NCBI GenBank assembly: GCA_013239625.1
Contig: MU053995.1
Coordinates: 124,001-188,000, forward strand
Source: Lama guanicoe
Taxonomy: Eukaryota
Direction of reading: 5' to 3'
DNA: 64,000 nt
Part shown: positions 26,401 to 38,719 of the stretch, piece after piece
How the letters are laid out: each line of letters begins with the position of its first letter
Position numbering within the stretch: position 1 is the stretch's first letter
The notes under the pieces: model-generated
Told to the model about the DNA's origin: nothing
Seen by the model: the letters and a program-made list of their open reading frames with translations, nothing else
Databases searched by the model: none
Made by a program: the position numbers and the translations under genes

Positions 26401-29400
26401 CAAGGTATATTCAAAGTCCTGAAAGAGAAAAAGCTGCAAACTTGGATACTCTATCCAGCAAGACTATCCTTTATAATAGGAGAGATAAAGAATTTCACAG
26501 ACATTTTAGGACATTACAAACCCAAGAAAAAACTAACAGAATTCAGCAATACTAAACTTATCCTTAAGAAATATTGAAAGGTCTTCTCTAAATAGAAAAG
26601 AAGCAGGGAGCTATAGATATGAGAAAGTCATAATTGGAAATGCAATAATTACAATGAGTTGCAAGGGGATAAACATGAAGATGTAAAATTGGACAGCAAA
26701 ATCATAAAATGTGAGAGAGTGGAGGAAGAAAATGTGGATTTTCATTCTTCTTAGGATATGTTTGAGCCTATATGGCTACCAGTCTAAAGCAAACAGATAT
26801 AGCAATGGGTTAATATACTTGAAAAATGGGGTAACTGAAAAACAAAAACATACAGAAGAGTTACAAAAAACAAAAAGAAACTAAGCTAATACAAAAGCAA
26901 ATTAATCAAACCACAAAAAATTATTAATTAATAAAAAGAAAGGAACAAAGAAGAATGCCAAATCAACTGGAAAACTAAGTTTAAAATGGCAATAAACATA
27001 CATCTATCAATAATTTCCATAAATTTCACAGGGCTAAATGCTCCAATTAAAAAACACAGAGTAGCAGCCTGGATAATAAAACAAGAGTCTACGGTATGTT
27101 GCCTACAAGCGACCCACTTTAGGGTGAAGGATACATGTGGAGATTGAAAATGAGAGGATGGAAGAACGATACTCATGTCAAACAAAATGGACTTTAAAAC
27201 AAAGTCCATAAAGAAAGATGGAGAAGGACACTATATAATGATTAAAGGAGCAAAACAAGATGAGGATATTACACTTGTTAACATATAAATCCAATAGGAG
27301 TAGGAAAATATATAAAACAAATACTAACAGACAGAAAGGGAGAGATTCTTGGAAACACAATAATAATAGAAGATTTTTAACACCGTCAGACAGAAAATCA
27401 ATAAGGCAACAAAGAAACTAAATGACACAATTGAATAGTTGGAACTAGTTGATAATTTTAGGACATTTCATACCCCCAAAACAAAATAAACATTATTTTC
27501 AAGTGTTCAAGGAATATTCTCCAGAATAGATCACATCCTTGGATGTAAAGTAGCCTTAAAAAAATATTAAGAGGATAGAAATTATTTCAAGCATCTTTTC
27601 TGAACAAAATGCCATGAAACTAGGAATCAATCACAGAAAAACAAAGAGTAAAAAATGAGTGCATGGAGATTAAACAATATGCTACTAAAAAACGAATACT
27701 TCAATGATTAAATCAAAGAAGAAATTAAACAATTCCTTGAGATAAAGGACAGTAAAAACACAACCACACAAAATATATGGGATGAAGGAAAAGCAGTCCT
27801 AAGAGCGAAATTCATTGAGACACAGGCTTTCCTTAAAAAACAAAAATAGCGTCAAATAAACAACCTAACTTACCTCTTAAAAGAATTAGAAAAAGAAGAA
27901 CAAGCAAAACTGAGAGTCAACAAAGGAGAGAAATAATAAAGATCAAGGAAGAAATAAATAAAATAGAGATTTAAAAAAACAGTAGAAAAATATCAATCAA
28001 GGAAGGGAGGGTATAGCTCAGTGGTAGAGTGCATACTTAGCATGCATGAGGTCCTGGATTCAATCTCCAGTACGTACACTAAATAAATACATACATACAT
28101 ACATACATACATACATACATACATACATAAACAATCAATCAAACCAAGTGCTGGCTTTTTTAAAAAGTAAGCAAAATTGACAAACCTTTGGCTAGTTTCA
28201 CCAAGAAAAGGGAAATGACACATATAAACAAAATAAGAAAGGAAATTGAAGAAATGACACCAACACTATAGAAATACAAAAAAAAATAAGACAATAATAT
28301 GAACAACTACATGGAAACAAATTAAACAACCTAGAAGAAATGGAGAAGTTTCTAGAAACATACAGTCCACCAAATCTGAATCAAGAAGAATCAATACTGT
28401 TAAAATAGCGATACTGCCTAAGGCAATCTACAGATTTAATGCAATCCCTATCAAATTACCCAGGACATTTTCAACAGAACTAGAACAAATAATCCTAAAA
28501 TTTATATGGAATCACAGAAAACTCAGAATTACCAAAGCAACATTGAAGAAAAAAATGAAGCTGGAGGAATAACCCTCCCAGACTTCAGACAATATTACAG
28601 ACCTACCAATAGTCAAAACAGGCATATGGATCTCTGGTTTTATTTCTGGGCTCTCTATTCTGTTTTATTGATCCATATGAAAAGAAATATATATATATAT
28701 GTATATGATTGAAACATTACGCTGTATACCAGAAATTGACACAATGTTGTAAACTAACTATACTTCAATTAAAAATTTAAAAAAGAAAGAAATATCAACA
28801 ACCTAATGTTACATATGAAAGAACTGGAAAAAGGACAAAGTAAACCCAAAGCTAGATGAAGGAAATAACTCATTATGGCAGATAGTAGTGAAATAAAAGA
28901 CAGAAAGACAGTCAAAAAAATCAATAAAAGTGAGTTGTTTTTTGAAACAATCAACAAAAATAGACAAAAACTAAGATAGATTACCTTAAAAAAATAGAGA
29001 AGATTCAAATAACTAAATTTGGAAATAAAAGGCAAAGCATTATGATGAATGGTACAGAAATAAAAAGGAATATGAGAAAAAACTGCAAATGATTGTATAC
29101 CAACGAATTAGATCACTTGGGAAAAAAAAGAGTTACTGGTAATATACAACCTACTAGAGCTGAATAATAAAGGGAAAACAACTGAACAGATCAAACTAGC
29201 AAGGAGAATGAATCAGTAATTAAAAACCTCCCAACAACAACAACAATAAAAACACAGGGCCAGGCGGCTTCATTGGTGAATTCTACTGACTATTTAAAGA
29301 ATAATTAACACCAATTCTCCTCAATCTTTGCCCTACCCCTGCCCCAATGAAGGGGTAACTAACTAATTCTTAAAGGCCAATATCATCATGATCGTAAAGC

Positions 29401-30880
29401 TGGACAAAGATAAAACAAGAAAGCACACTATACACCAATATCCCTGAATATTGCCTTGATAGAAATTCAATGTGATCCCTATCAAAATCCCAATGGAATT
29501 TTTTTCAGAGAAAGAACTGATCATAAAATTCATATGGGATTCAAGGAACCATGAATAATCAAAACAATTTTGAAACAAGACTGAGTTGGAGGCCCTCACA
29601 CTTTCTAATATCTCAATTTGTTACAAAGCTACAGGTATCAAAATAGTGTGGTACTGGCATAAGAGCAGACATATACACCAACAGAATAGAATACAAGTCC
29701 AGAAATAAACTGTAATACATACAGTCAAATAATTTTCAACAAAGTGTCAGGAATTCCCAGTGGGGAAAGGACAGTCTCTTTAACAAAAAGATTTTGGAAA
29801 ATCTAGATATTTATATGCAAAAGAATGAAGTTAGAAATGTATTTTACACCAAACAGTAATTCCAAATAATTAAAGGCCTAAATATAGAACCCCAAACCAA
29901 AAGAAAACACAGAGAAAATGTTTTATGTGAATGGATATCACAATGACCTCTTGGGTATGATACAAAAAGTATAGGCAACAAAAATAAAGGACAAATAATA
30001 TTACTTTAAACTTTAAAACTTTTGTCCTTCAGAGGGCACAATCAACAGAGTGGAAAAGCAATATACAGAATGAGAAAATATTTTCAAATCCCATATCTGC
30101 TAAAAAGTTAATATACACAGTATTTAAAGACCTCCTACAGCTCAGCAACAAAAAAACAAGCCAATTAAATGGATAAACAACTTAAAAAGACATTTTGCCA
30201 ATTTAGTTCTAAATGACCAACAAACATAAGATGCTCAACATCCCTACCACTAGAGAAAGACAAATCAAAAGCATACTCATTATATCCGCTATTGGTGGAA
30301 TTTCAAAATTATGCACCCACTATAGAAAGTAACTTGACAGTTTCTCAAAAAATGAAAATAGAACTACCACATGATACAACAATTCTAGTTGTGGACATAT
30401 ATCCAAAATAATTAAATGTATCATTTCAAACAGATATTTGCACATGTTATGATGATCATAACAACATTTTGTGTACAGGTGAAAGCAACCCAAATACCCA
30501 TTGTTAGATTAGAGGGGTAAACAAAATGTGCTATATATACAATGGTGTATTATTCAGCCTTTTAAAAAAACTCCTGGCACATGATACAACATGGATGAAC
30601 TTTGAGGACATTATGTTAGTTGAAATAAATCACTCACCAAAAGATAAATAGTATGACTTGACTTATGTAAGGTTCTTAGAGTAATCAAATTCATAGAAAC
30701 AGAAAGCAAAATAATGGGACAGAAAGTAGAGGCTAGGGTGAGGAGAAATAGGTACAGATCTTCAATTGTATCAGACAATTGAATTCTGAAGGCCTGTGAA
30801 TATACTTACAAATACAATATTACTTAACAGTACAGAACTACATATCCTTTAAAATTGTTGGAACAATTTTATTTTTTGCC
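23455..30880 (+). mobile_element. Composite LINE-1 block: old L1 (23455-25275; 28790-30880) with a younger rearranged L1 (~25280-28785) between the pieces
   Basis: Two separate ORF1 regions (~24030-24880 and ~25670-26590), ORF2 start atggcaataaac at ~26987, and two 3' ends. Confidence 0.85.
28001..28128 (+). mobile_element. tRNA-derived SINE, camelid vic-1-like, with (taca)n tail
   Basis: A box tagctcagtgg, B-box-like gattcaatctc, flanked by duplicated atcaatcaa, inserted in L1 ORF2. Confidence 0.85.
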
Positions 30881-32029
30881 ACAAGATAGATGATAAATAC
30901 ATAGACAGATCAGATAATATACAGATAGATGAAAGTGCAAAGACATGATTCAAATCCTGCAGTTCCTAAAGTATTAATCAGAAAACTTTCTATTAAAAGG
31001 ATGAAAGAATAAAGAATTTTACATTACTCCTCAAGCTGTCCCCTCCAGCATCTGTACAAAGGGCAGATAACCAAATGACTTGGGGCAAAGGTCCTAATTC
31101 ATCACTGTAAATTTTGCTCCAGTAGGAATCACCCACAAAGCTAAAAATAATGAATTTTTAAATTGGCCAAGTTGATGTCACAATGTAATGTGACAATATT
31201 AAGGTTGGGCCTTTAACCCCAGCACTCACCAGAATCAAGTTCCCAGAGGTTCGATTGGGTAGAAACAGGCTAAGAAATCAGTATTTCTTCTGTTTAAAAT
31301 AGAAATGCTATTTTAACTTCTAGAGTTCACGTATGTAATTTTTAATAAAGTTCCAATTATTCTGTGGTGTTTTTTTTTTTAAAAAAATCTTGTATTGTTG
31401 TGTGGTCATTCTGACACCAAACGCAAATAGATCTCATAAAAGCTGCACACAGCCTCATTCCAGCTCTTCTGAAATGGCATATAAATAGTTACTACTGGGC
31501 AAGGGAAAAGTGGAGTCTGATTAACGTTCCCCAAGTTGGGTAAAGATACACAAGCTCCCCCCTCAAGAAAACCATTTGTAAAGTTTTAAGCTAAGTCTGG
31601 TAAGTCACTGCCCACATGAAATTAAAAAACCATATTATTACTATTACTTGAAATTCAATAATTCTCACGTAAGTAAAACAGACCACTCACGAGTTTTCAT
31701 TCTCTTTGACTTACTACGTCAAAAAAAAAAAAAAAAAAGTCTTTTCCTCTGTAAGGCATTTGGAAAGTATTAAATAGAACACTTTGAAATTATTTGGTTG
31801 TAAACAAAAGCGAATGCTAAATATTGAATGATTTGCTTTCAAAGTACATCCACCTTTCCCTAAAAGTGACAAGCACATCTGCATTCCCAGTACATGTGTT
31901 CAAAAAGCTTAGGAGACATTTTTAATGTAACTTTTAATATCTTTCATCTTGTGTCTTTCAACATGCAACATTATTTTTAGACAAGTTTGTTTCGCCTCCA
32001 CATCCTGGTTCTACTTGTCTTGTTCATCA

Positions 32030-32530
32030 CATCACCAGGTATCGCGGATGAAGCTCTACATTCGGATACGGCGAACACCTTCGGAATCCCCCCAACGCAT
32101 ACTCCAAGGAAGTGATAGAGGGGCCCAGCAGCACATTCTCCAGTAAGTTTGTCTGAGGCTGGCGCGGGCGGCTGAGTCAGGGCTCCAGGAGAGGCGGGCG
32201 GTAGTCACTCTGCAAGCCCCCTACCCTGGCCCCAACCTGCCTGCCTGACGCTGGGCTCTGTTAAGAAGAGCATGAACCCCACGGGCATCTCCACGCTAAT
32301 GCTGGGGAGAGGATGCAAGTCCCCTCCGCGACCTTGGCCCAGAGTCAACCCCCGCCTCACCCTCCCCAGCCTCAGCTGGAGGAGGGGGGATTCTGCGGTT
32401 TCACTGACCTTTGGCTATCTGATCCCTGTTTCGTGTCCCCTCTGAAGCTCCCTGTTTCAGCTAACGGGGTGTCCTGGATTATATAAATCCAGGCTATGAC
32501 TAAGACTCTTCAGGGAGCCAGCGCAGGAGA
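32030..32530. promoter_or_regulatory. Orphan CpG/GC-rich promoter-like patch
   Basis: Non-repetitive-looking with many CpGs. Two GGGCGG boxes flank an AP-1 TGAGTCA at ~32166-32201, in an otherwise CpG-depleted region. Confidence 0.4.
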
Positions 32531-32921
32531 GCTCAGTGAAGACTTTTTAGGACTGAAAGTCCAGGAGAATCCAGCTTCATTCACATTGTTCCATGGAAAC
32601 CCCAAAAGCAACACTAATATTAGGATCCGTTACTCAGTACTTACTGCTGTGAATGACTCTACAAATTTCATTCTATTTCAGGACTGAAGATTACATTCTC
32701 TTCTACAGGATGATCTTGCCACACAGAAGTGGCTACCTGATATTATTTTGGAGGAGGCCAATTAACTACAGAAACAGATTTTCCATCATTTGTCAGACTG
32801 ATCTGACTTAAACTTCTTAAAGTTTTGTCAGGTAAAACATATCAGTATATTTCCTTCTGGTGACTAGAAGTCTCACAGAAATTCTCTGAAAGCTAGGTTT
32901 TTGTCCAAAATGAGCATTCTT

Positions 32922-35900
32922 TTTTTTTTTTACATTTTTTTATTGATTCATAATCATTTTACAGTGTTGTGTCAAATTCCAGTGTTCAGCATGTTCAGCA
33001 CAATTTTTCAGTCATTCATGGACATATACACACTCATTGTCACATTTTTTTCTCTGTCATTTATCATAACATTTTGTGTATATTTCCCTGTGCTATACAG
33101 TGTAATCTTGTTTATCTGTTCTACAATTTTGAAATCCCAGTCTATCCCTTCCCCCCCTCTACCCCCCTGGTAACCACAAGTCTGTATTCTCTGTCCATGA
33201 GTCTATTTCTGTCCTGTATTTATGCTTTGTTTTTGTTTGTTTGTTTGTTTTTGTTTTTTAGATTCCACATATGAGCGATCTCATATGGTATTTTTCTTTC
33301 TCTTTCTGGCTTACTTCACTTAGAATGACATTCTCTAGGAGCATCCATGTTGCTGCAAATGGCATTATGTTGTCGGTTTTTATGGCTGAGTAGTATTCCA
33401 TTGTATAAATATACCACTTCTTCTTTATCCAGTCACCTGTTGATGGACATTTAGGTTGTTTCCATGTTTTGGCTATTGTAAATAGTGCTGCTATGAACAT
33501 TGGGGTGCAGGTGTCATCCTGAAGTAGATTTCCTTCTGGATACAAGCCCAGGAGTGGGATTCCTGGGTCATATGGTAAGTCTATTCCTAGTCTTTTGAGG
33601 AATCTCCACACTGTTTTCCATAGTGGCTGCACCAAACTGCATTCCCACCAGCAGTGTAGGAGGGTTCCCCTTTCTCCACAGCCTCTCCAGCATTTGTCAT
33701 TTTTGGATTTTTGAATGACGGCCATTCTGACTGGTGTGAGGTGATACCTCATTGTAGTTTTGATTTGCATTTCTCTGATAATTAGTGATATTGAACATTT
33801 TTTCATGTGCTTTTTGATCATTTGTATGTCTTCCTTGGAGAATTGCTTGTTTAGGTCTTCTGCCCATTTTTGGATTGGGTTGTTTATTTTTTTCTTATTG
33901 AGTCGTATGAGCTGCTTATATATTTTGGAGATCAAGCCTTTGTCGGTTTCACTTGCAAAAATTTTCTCCCATTCCGTAGGTTTTCTTCTTGTTTTATTTC
34001 TGGTTTCCTTTGCTCTGCAGAAGCTTGTAAGTTTCATTAGGTCCCATTTGTTTATTCTTGCTTTTATTTCTTCTAGGAGAAAATTTTTGAAATGTATGTC
34101 AGATAATGTTTTGCCTATGTTTTCCTCTAGGAGGTTTATTGTATCTTGTCTTATGTTTAAGTCTTTAATCCATTTTGAGTTGATTTTTGTATATGGTGTA
34201 AGGGTGTGTTCTAGCTTCATTGTTTTACATGCTGCTGTCCAGTTTTCCCAACACCATTTGCTGAAGAGACTGTCTTTATTCCATTGTATATTCTTGCCTC
34301 CTTTGTCGAAGATGAGTTGACCAAAAGTTTGTGGGTTCATTTCTGGGCTCTCTATTCTGTTCCATTGGTCTATATGTCTGTTTTGGTACCAATACCATGC
34401 TGTCTTGATGACTGTAGCTCTATAGTATTGTCTGAAGTCTGGGAGAGTTATTCCTCCAGCCTCTTTCTTTCTCTTCAGTAATGCTTTAGCAATTCTAGGT
34501 CTTTGATGGTTCCATATAAATTTTATTATGATTTGTTCTAGTTCTGTGAAATATGTCCTGGGTAATTGGATAGGGATTGCATTAAATCTGTAGATTGCCT
34601 TGGGCAGTGTGACCATTTTAACAATATTGATTCTTCCAATCCAAGAGCATGGAATATCTTTCCATTTTTTAAAGTCTTCTTTAATTTCCTTCATCAATGG
34701 TTTATAGTTTTCTGTGTATAATTCTTTCACCTCCTTGGTTAGATTTATTCCCAGATATTTTATTACTTTGGGTGCTATTTTAAAGGGGATTGTTTCTTTA
34801 CTTTCTTTTTCTGTTGATTTATCGTTAGTGTAAAGAAAGGCAACTGATTTTTGAACATTAATTTTGTAACCTGCTACCTTGCTGAATTCTTCGATCAGCT
34901 CTAGTAGCTTTTTTGTGGACCTTTTAGGGTTTTCTATATATAGTAACATGTCGTCAGCATATAATGACACTTTTACCTCTTCTTTTCCAATTTGGATCCC
35001 TTTTATTTCTTTCTCTTGCCTGATTGCTGTGGCTAGGACTTCCAGGACTATATTGAATAGGAGTGGTGATAGTGGGCATCCTTGTCTTGTCCCAGATTTT
35101 AGTGGGAAGCTTTTGAGTTTTTCACCGTTGAGAACTATGCTGGCTATAGGTTTGTCATATATAGCTTTTATTATGTTGAGATATGTTCCCTCTATACCCA
35201 CTTTGGCGAGAGTTTTTATCATAAATGGGTGTTGAATTTTATCAAATGCTTTTTCTGCATCGATTGAGATGATCATGTGGTTTTTGTCCTTTCTCTTGTT
35301 GATGTGATGTATTACATTGATTGATTTGCGTATGTTGAACCAGCCTTGTGTCCCTGGGATGAACCCCACTTGGTCATGATGTATAATCTTTTTTATGTGT
35401 TGTTGGATTCTATTTGCTAAAATTTTGGTGAGGATTTTGGCGTCTATGTTCATCAGTGATATTGGCCTATAATTCTCTTTTTTTGTAGTGTCTTTGCCTG
35501 GTTTTGGTATCAGGGTGATGGTGGCTTCATAGAATGAGTTTGGGAGTATTCCCTCCTTTTCAATCGTCTGGAAGAGTTTGAGAAGGACTGGTATGAGTTC
35601 TTCTTTGTATGTTTGGTAGAATTCCCCGGTGAAGCCGTCCGGTCCTGGACTTTTATTTGTAGGGAGGTTTTTAATTGCTATTTCTATTTCCTTTCTAGTG
35701 ATCGGATTGTTCAAGTGTTCAGTTTCTTCTTGATTCAGTTTTGGTGGACAGTATGTTTCCAGAAACTTGTCCATCTCCTCTAGGTTATCCAGTTTGGTTC
35801 CATATAGTTTTTCATAATATTCTCGTATGATATTCTGTATTTCTATTTTGTTTGTTGTAATTTCTCCATTTTCCTTTCTTATTTTGCTAATTTGTGCTCT

Positions 35901-36106
35901 CTCTTTTTTCTTCTTTGTGAGTTTGGCCAGAGGTTTGTCGATTTTATTTACTTTTTCAAAAAACCAGCTTTTGGTTTGGTTGATTTTTTCTATGGTCTTG
36001 TTAATCTCTATTGTATTTAATTCCTCTCTGATCTTTATTATTTCCTTCCTTCTGCTGCTTTTTGGGGCTTTTTGTTCTTCTTTTTCTAATTGATTCAGGT
36101 GGTGGG
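32922..36106 (-). mobile_element. Very young 5'-truncated LINE-1 (3.2 kb) with perfect 16-bp TSD
   Basis: TSD caaaatgagcattctt at 32906-32921 and 36107-36122, polyT tail, uninterrupted ORF2. Confidence 0.97.
33258..36104 (-). CDS. L1 ORF2 partial (RT and C-terminal CCHC; endonuclease missing)
   Basis: 838-aa ORF from 35774. The frame stays open upstream to the truncation point. Contains [14 protein letters not shown] and [18 protein letters not shown]. No promoter or ORF1. Confidence 0.93.
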   Translation of the reverse strand, partial: HHLNQLEKEEQKAPKSSRRKEIIKIREELNTIEINKTIEKINQTKSWFFEKVNKIDKPLAKLTKKKKERAQISKIRKENGEITTNKIEIQNIIREYYEKLYGTKLDNLEEMDKFLETYCPPKLNQEETEHLNNPITRKEIEIAIKNLPTNKSPGPDGFTGEFYQTYKEELIPVLLKLFQTIEKEGILPNSFYEATITLIPKPGKDTTKKENYRPISLMNIDAKILTKILANRIQQHIKKIIHHDQVGFIPGTQGWFNIRKSINVIHHINKRKDKNHMIISIDAEKAFDKIQHPFMIKTLAKVGIEGTYLNIIKAIYDKPIASIVLNGEKLKSFPLKSGTRQGCPLSPLLFNIVLEVLATAIRQEKEIKGIQIGKEEVKVSLYADDMLLYIENPKRSTKKLLELIEEFSKVAGYKINVQKSVAFLYTNDKSTEKESKETIPFKIAPKVIKYLGINLTKEVKELYTENYKPLMKEIKEDFKKWKDIPCSWIGRINIVKMVTLPKAIYRFNAIPIQLPRTYFTELEQIIIKFIWNHQRPRIAKALLKRKKEAGGITLPDFRQYYRATVIKTAWYWYQNRHIDQWNRIESPEMNPQTFGQLIFDKGGKNIQWNKDSLFSKWCWENWTAACKTMKLEHTLTPYTKINSKWIKDLNIRQDTINLLEENIGKTLSDIHFKNFLLEEIKARINKWDLMKLTSFCRAKETRNKTRRKPTEWEKIFASETDKGLISKIYKQLIRLNKKKINNPIQKWAEDLNKQFSKEDIQMIKKHMKKCSISLIIREMQIKTTMRYHLTPVRMAVIQKSKNDKCWRGCGERGTLLHCWWECSLVQPLWKTVWRFLKRLGIDLPYDPGIPLLGLYPEGNLLQDDTCTPMFIAALFTIAKTWKQPKCPSTGDWIKKKWYIYTMEYYSAIKTDNIMPFAATWMLLENVILSEVSQKEKEKYHMRSLICGI

Positions 36107-36659
36107 CAAAATGAGCATTCTTACCAGAGCTAAGAAATGAAGGATTCTGACTGGGAGTTCTATGTCAAGTTCAACAGGAGTAGGGTGGGGAAACCATAAA
36201 GTTCTAAGACAGCAATATGGAGGAGATCAGAAAGACAGAGAGAAGGTAGAAAAGCTAGTGAAAGGAAACACCCCTTGATTGATAAGGTCATTTCCCTCAT
36301 ACCTTGCTTACTGAAATTGCTAAAAACTGTTCATTTATGTCAGTCCACAGTACCTTAACAGTGTATACACTGACTGAAGATAATATTTTAAAGATTGCTA
36401 TTATCATTCCACTGATAAAACATGGCAAGGGAATTTAACAAGCAGGAAATTTTCCCAGCATTAAAGCTGCGCTATTAACCCTTTATAAATTACACCAAAG
36501 ATATATTTACAAAACATTACAATATTACCTTTACACATATGGTTACTGAACTGTGATTCAACAGACTTGACAGTTATATCTGGTTTACAAAGTCAAGGAT
36601 TGAGCACCAGAATAGCACCAGAGCACAGTGAAGAAGAGTTTAAATACTGAAGCTAGACT

Positions 36660-37111
<452 letters not shown>

Positions 37112-37459
37112 TCAGGCAGCTCTCCTCCCGCTCCCCCGGCGGCAAAAAGGCGGGGTTGGTTTTGTCGGCTGTTGCTACTGCTACGGTCCTACACACAGAC
37201 GCCCAGACACAGCCCCGGGTGCTTCTCCAGGAGCTGTCTACACGCACCTTCTAGAGGTGAGATCCCCACCGTCACGCACACTGCGACAGCCGCGGGGTTT
37301 TAATCACCACTTGCGCTCGAGTTCATGCAAGGGGCCTCAGAAAAGTCTGCCTTGGAGACCCCGGAGGTTTGCGTGGTCTCGTCTGCGGTGGATCGGCCTC
37401 TCTTGGCTTACCTGAAGCCGCACCGCCAATGAGTGAGTGTGGGAACTGAATTTCGGCAT

Positions 37460-38090
37460 GCTGCTTCTCAGGTGTCCCTGGCCTGGCAGAAGCCGCATCA
37501 CCTGTGCATGCGCTAGAAATGCAGAATCTCAGGCCCTGCCCCAGACCCGCGGAATCAGAGGCTGGGGGTCCGTGGCACAAAATGCATTTCAACAAGCCCC
37601 CCTGTTGTGGAAAAATGTGTTACAGCGCAGTTGTGACAGCAACCTGGATCAGCAGCCCTCTGAGAGTTGGAGAACTCAGGTTTATTACACCAGCAGGCCC
37701 ATACGAGTTAACACTCCAAGCTCTGGACCATGTCTGTAGGTTTATCCTGGCTTTTATAGGCTGCCAGTTTACACTTTGCAACATCATATGCAAATGAGGT
37801 ATAACAAAAATTGACTAATTAGGAACAAGCTTTGTACAAATGGACCAATCAGGAGAGAATAACCAATCAGGAGTGAAGGAAATAACCAATCAGAAGTGAC
37901 CTCTTGGAACCAACAGACTTTTAGGGGTAATTTAGCCATTTCAGAGGCAAAAAATGAGATAGAGCCTCTACCCAGGGAAGTGGATGATGCTGACAGGAGA
38001 GTAGTGGCCCTGCCTAGGGGTCCTGCCTGTCTTTTTATGGGGCTTCCCACCTCACTCCAGGGGATATTGATTCAAGCTGACTTTCCAGGG
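37460..38090. mobile_element. MER5A split by an LTR (37460-37602 and 38055-38090)
   Basis: gcatcacctg..tagaaatgcagaatctcaggccctgccccagacc..aacaagcc, then the LTR, then ctccaggggatattgattca, reconstitute the MER5A pattern. Confidence 0.75.
37603..38054 (-). mobile_element. ERV1-type solo LTR (copy B)
   Basis: TG...CA termini, 4-bp TSD cccc/ctcc. Minus-strand AATAAA at 37686-37681 and TATAAAA at 37758-37752. Three CCAAT boxes at ~37845-37890. Confidence 0.85.
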
Positions 38091-38719
38091 ACGTTCCAGG
38101 AAAATTTGATCTCCTTCATAGTAATTGATTGAATTATCTATTCCAAATTATCTGATGTGTGGGGAATGCTTTCTGATCCAAATGTGGGGCCTCTGTGGTG
38201 CCTTTGAGGCCGAGGACTTGGTCTGCTGGGTGGAGACCACATTTCTCCAGGCCTCAGCTTCCTGTCACCATCTGGATCCCTCCTGTCAGAAGGAAGCAAA
38301 GGCACCTACAAGCCAGGCCATGGATATGGCCACATGTATGCCTAGAAAATGGAAAAAAAAAAAAAAAAACCTCCCAGGGATCACTGCCTTTGTAATCACA
38401 GATACACCCAATGTGGTGAGAAATCAGAACAAAGAACACATTTCATCCAGTTAAAAATGTACGTTCTTGAGACTAAAAATTATGTCTCACTCATGATAAC
38501 AGTAATTCTTTCAATTAAAGTATAAATCTTAGAAATGATTGTAAAACTGAATGGCCATATTTCTCCCTCCTTCCCCCCCGCCCCAAATACCAAAAGTAGG
38601 AGATGAGAAATAAAACGTGGCACCCAGCCAAGTTTACCAGCCCACTCTCATCAATCCAAGTAGAGAATTTATTTTTGGAAGTAATGGAAGTATTTTGGAA
38701 GTAAGCACTTACAATGTGA

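Noticed and set aside
28001..28075. tRNA gene
   Set aside because: It has tRNA-like A/B boxes but also a simple-repeat tail and TSD inside an L1, so it is a SINE.
33760..36093. Hydrophobic plus-strand ORFs (186, 118, 88 aa)
   Set aside because: They are antisense shadows of the A-rich L1 ORF2, and similar ones recur opposite other L1 copies.
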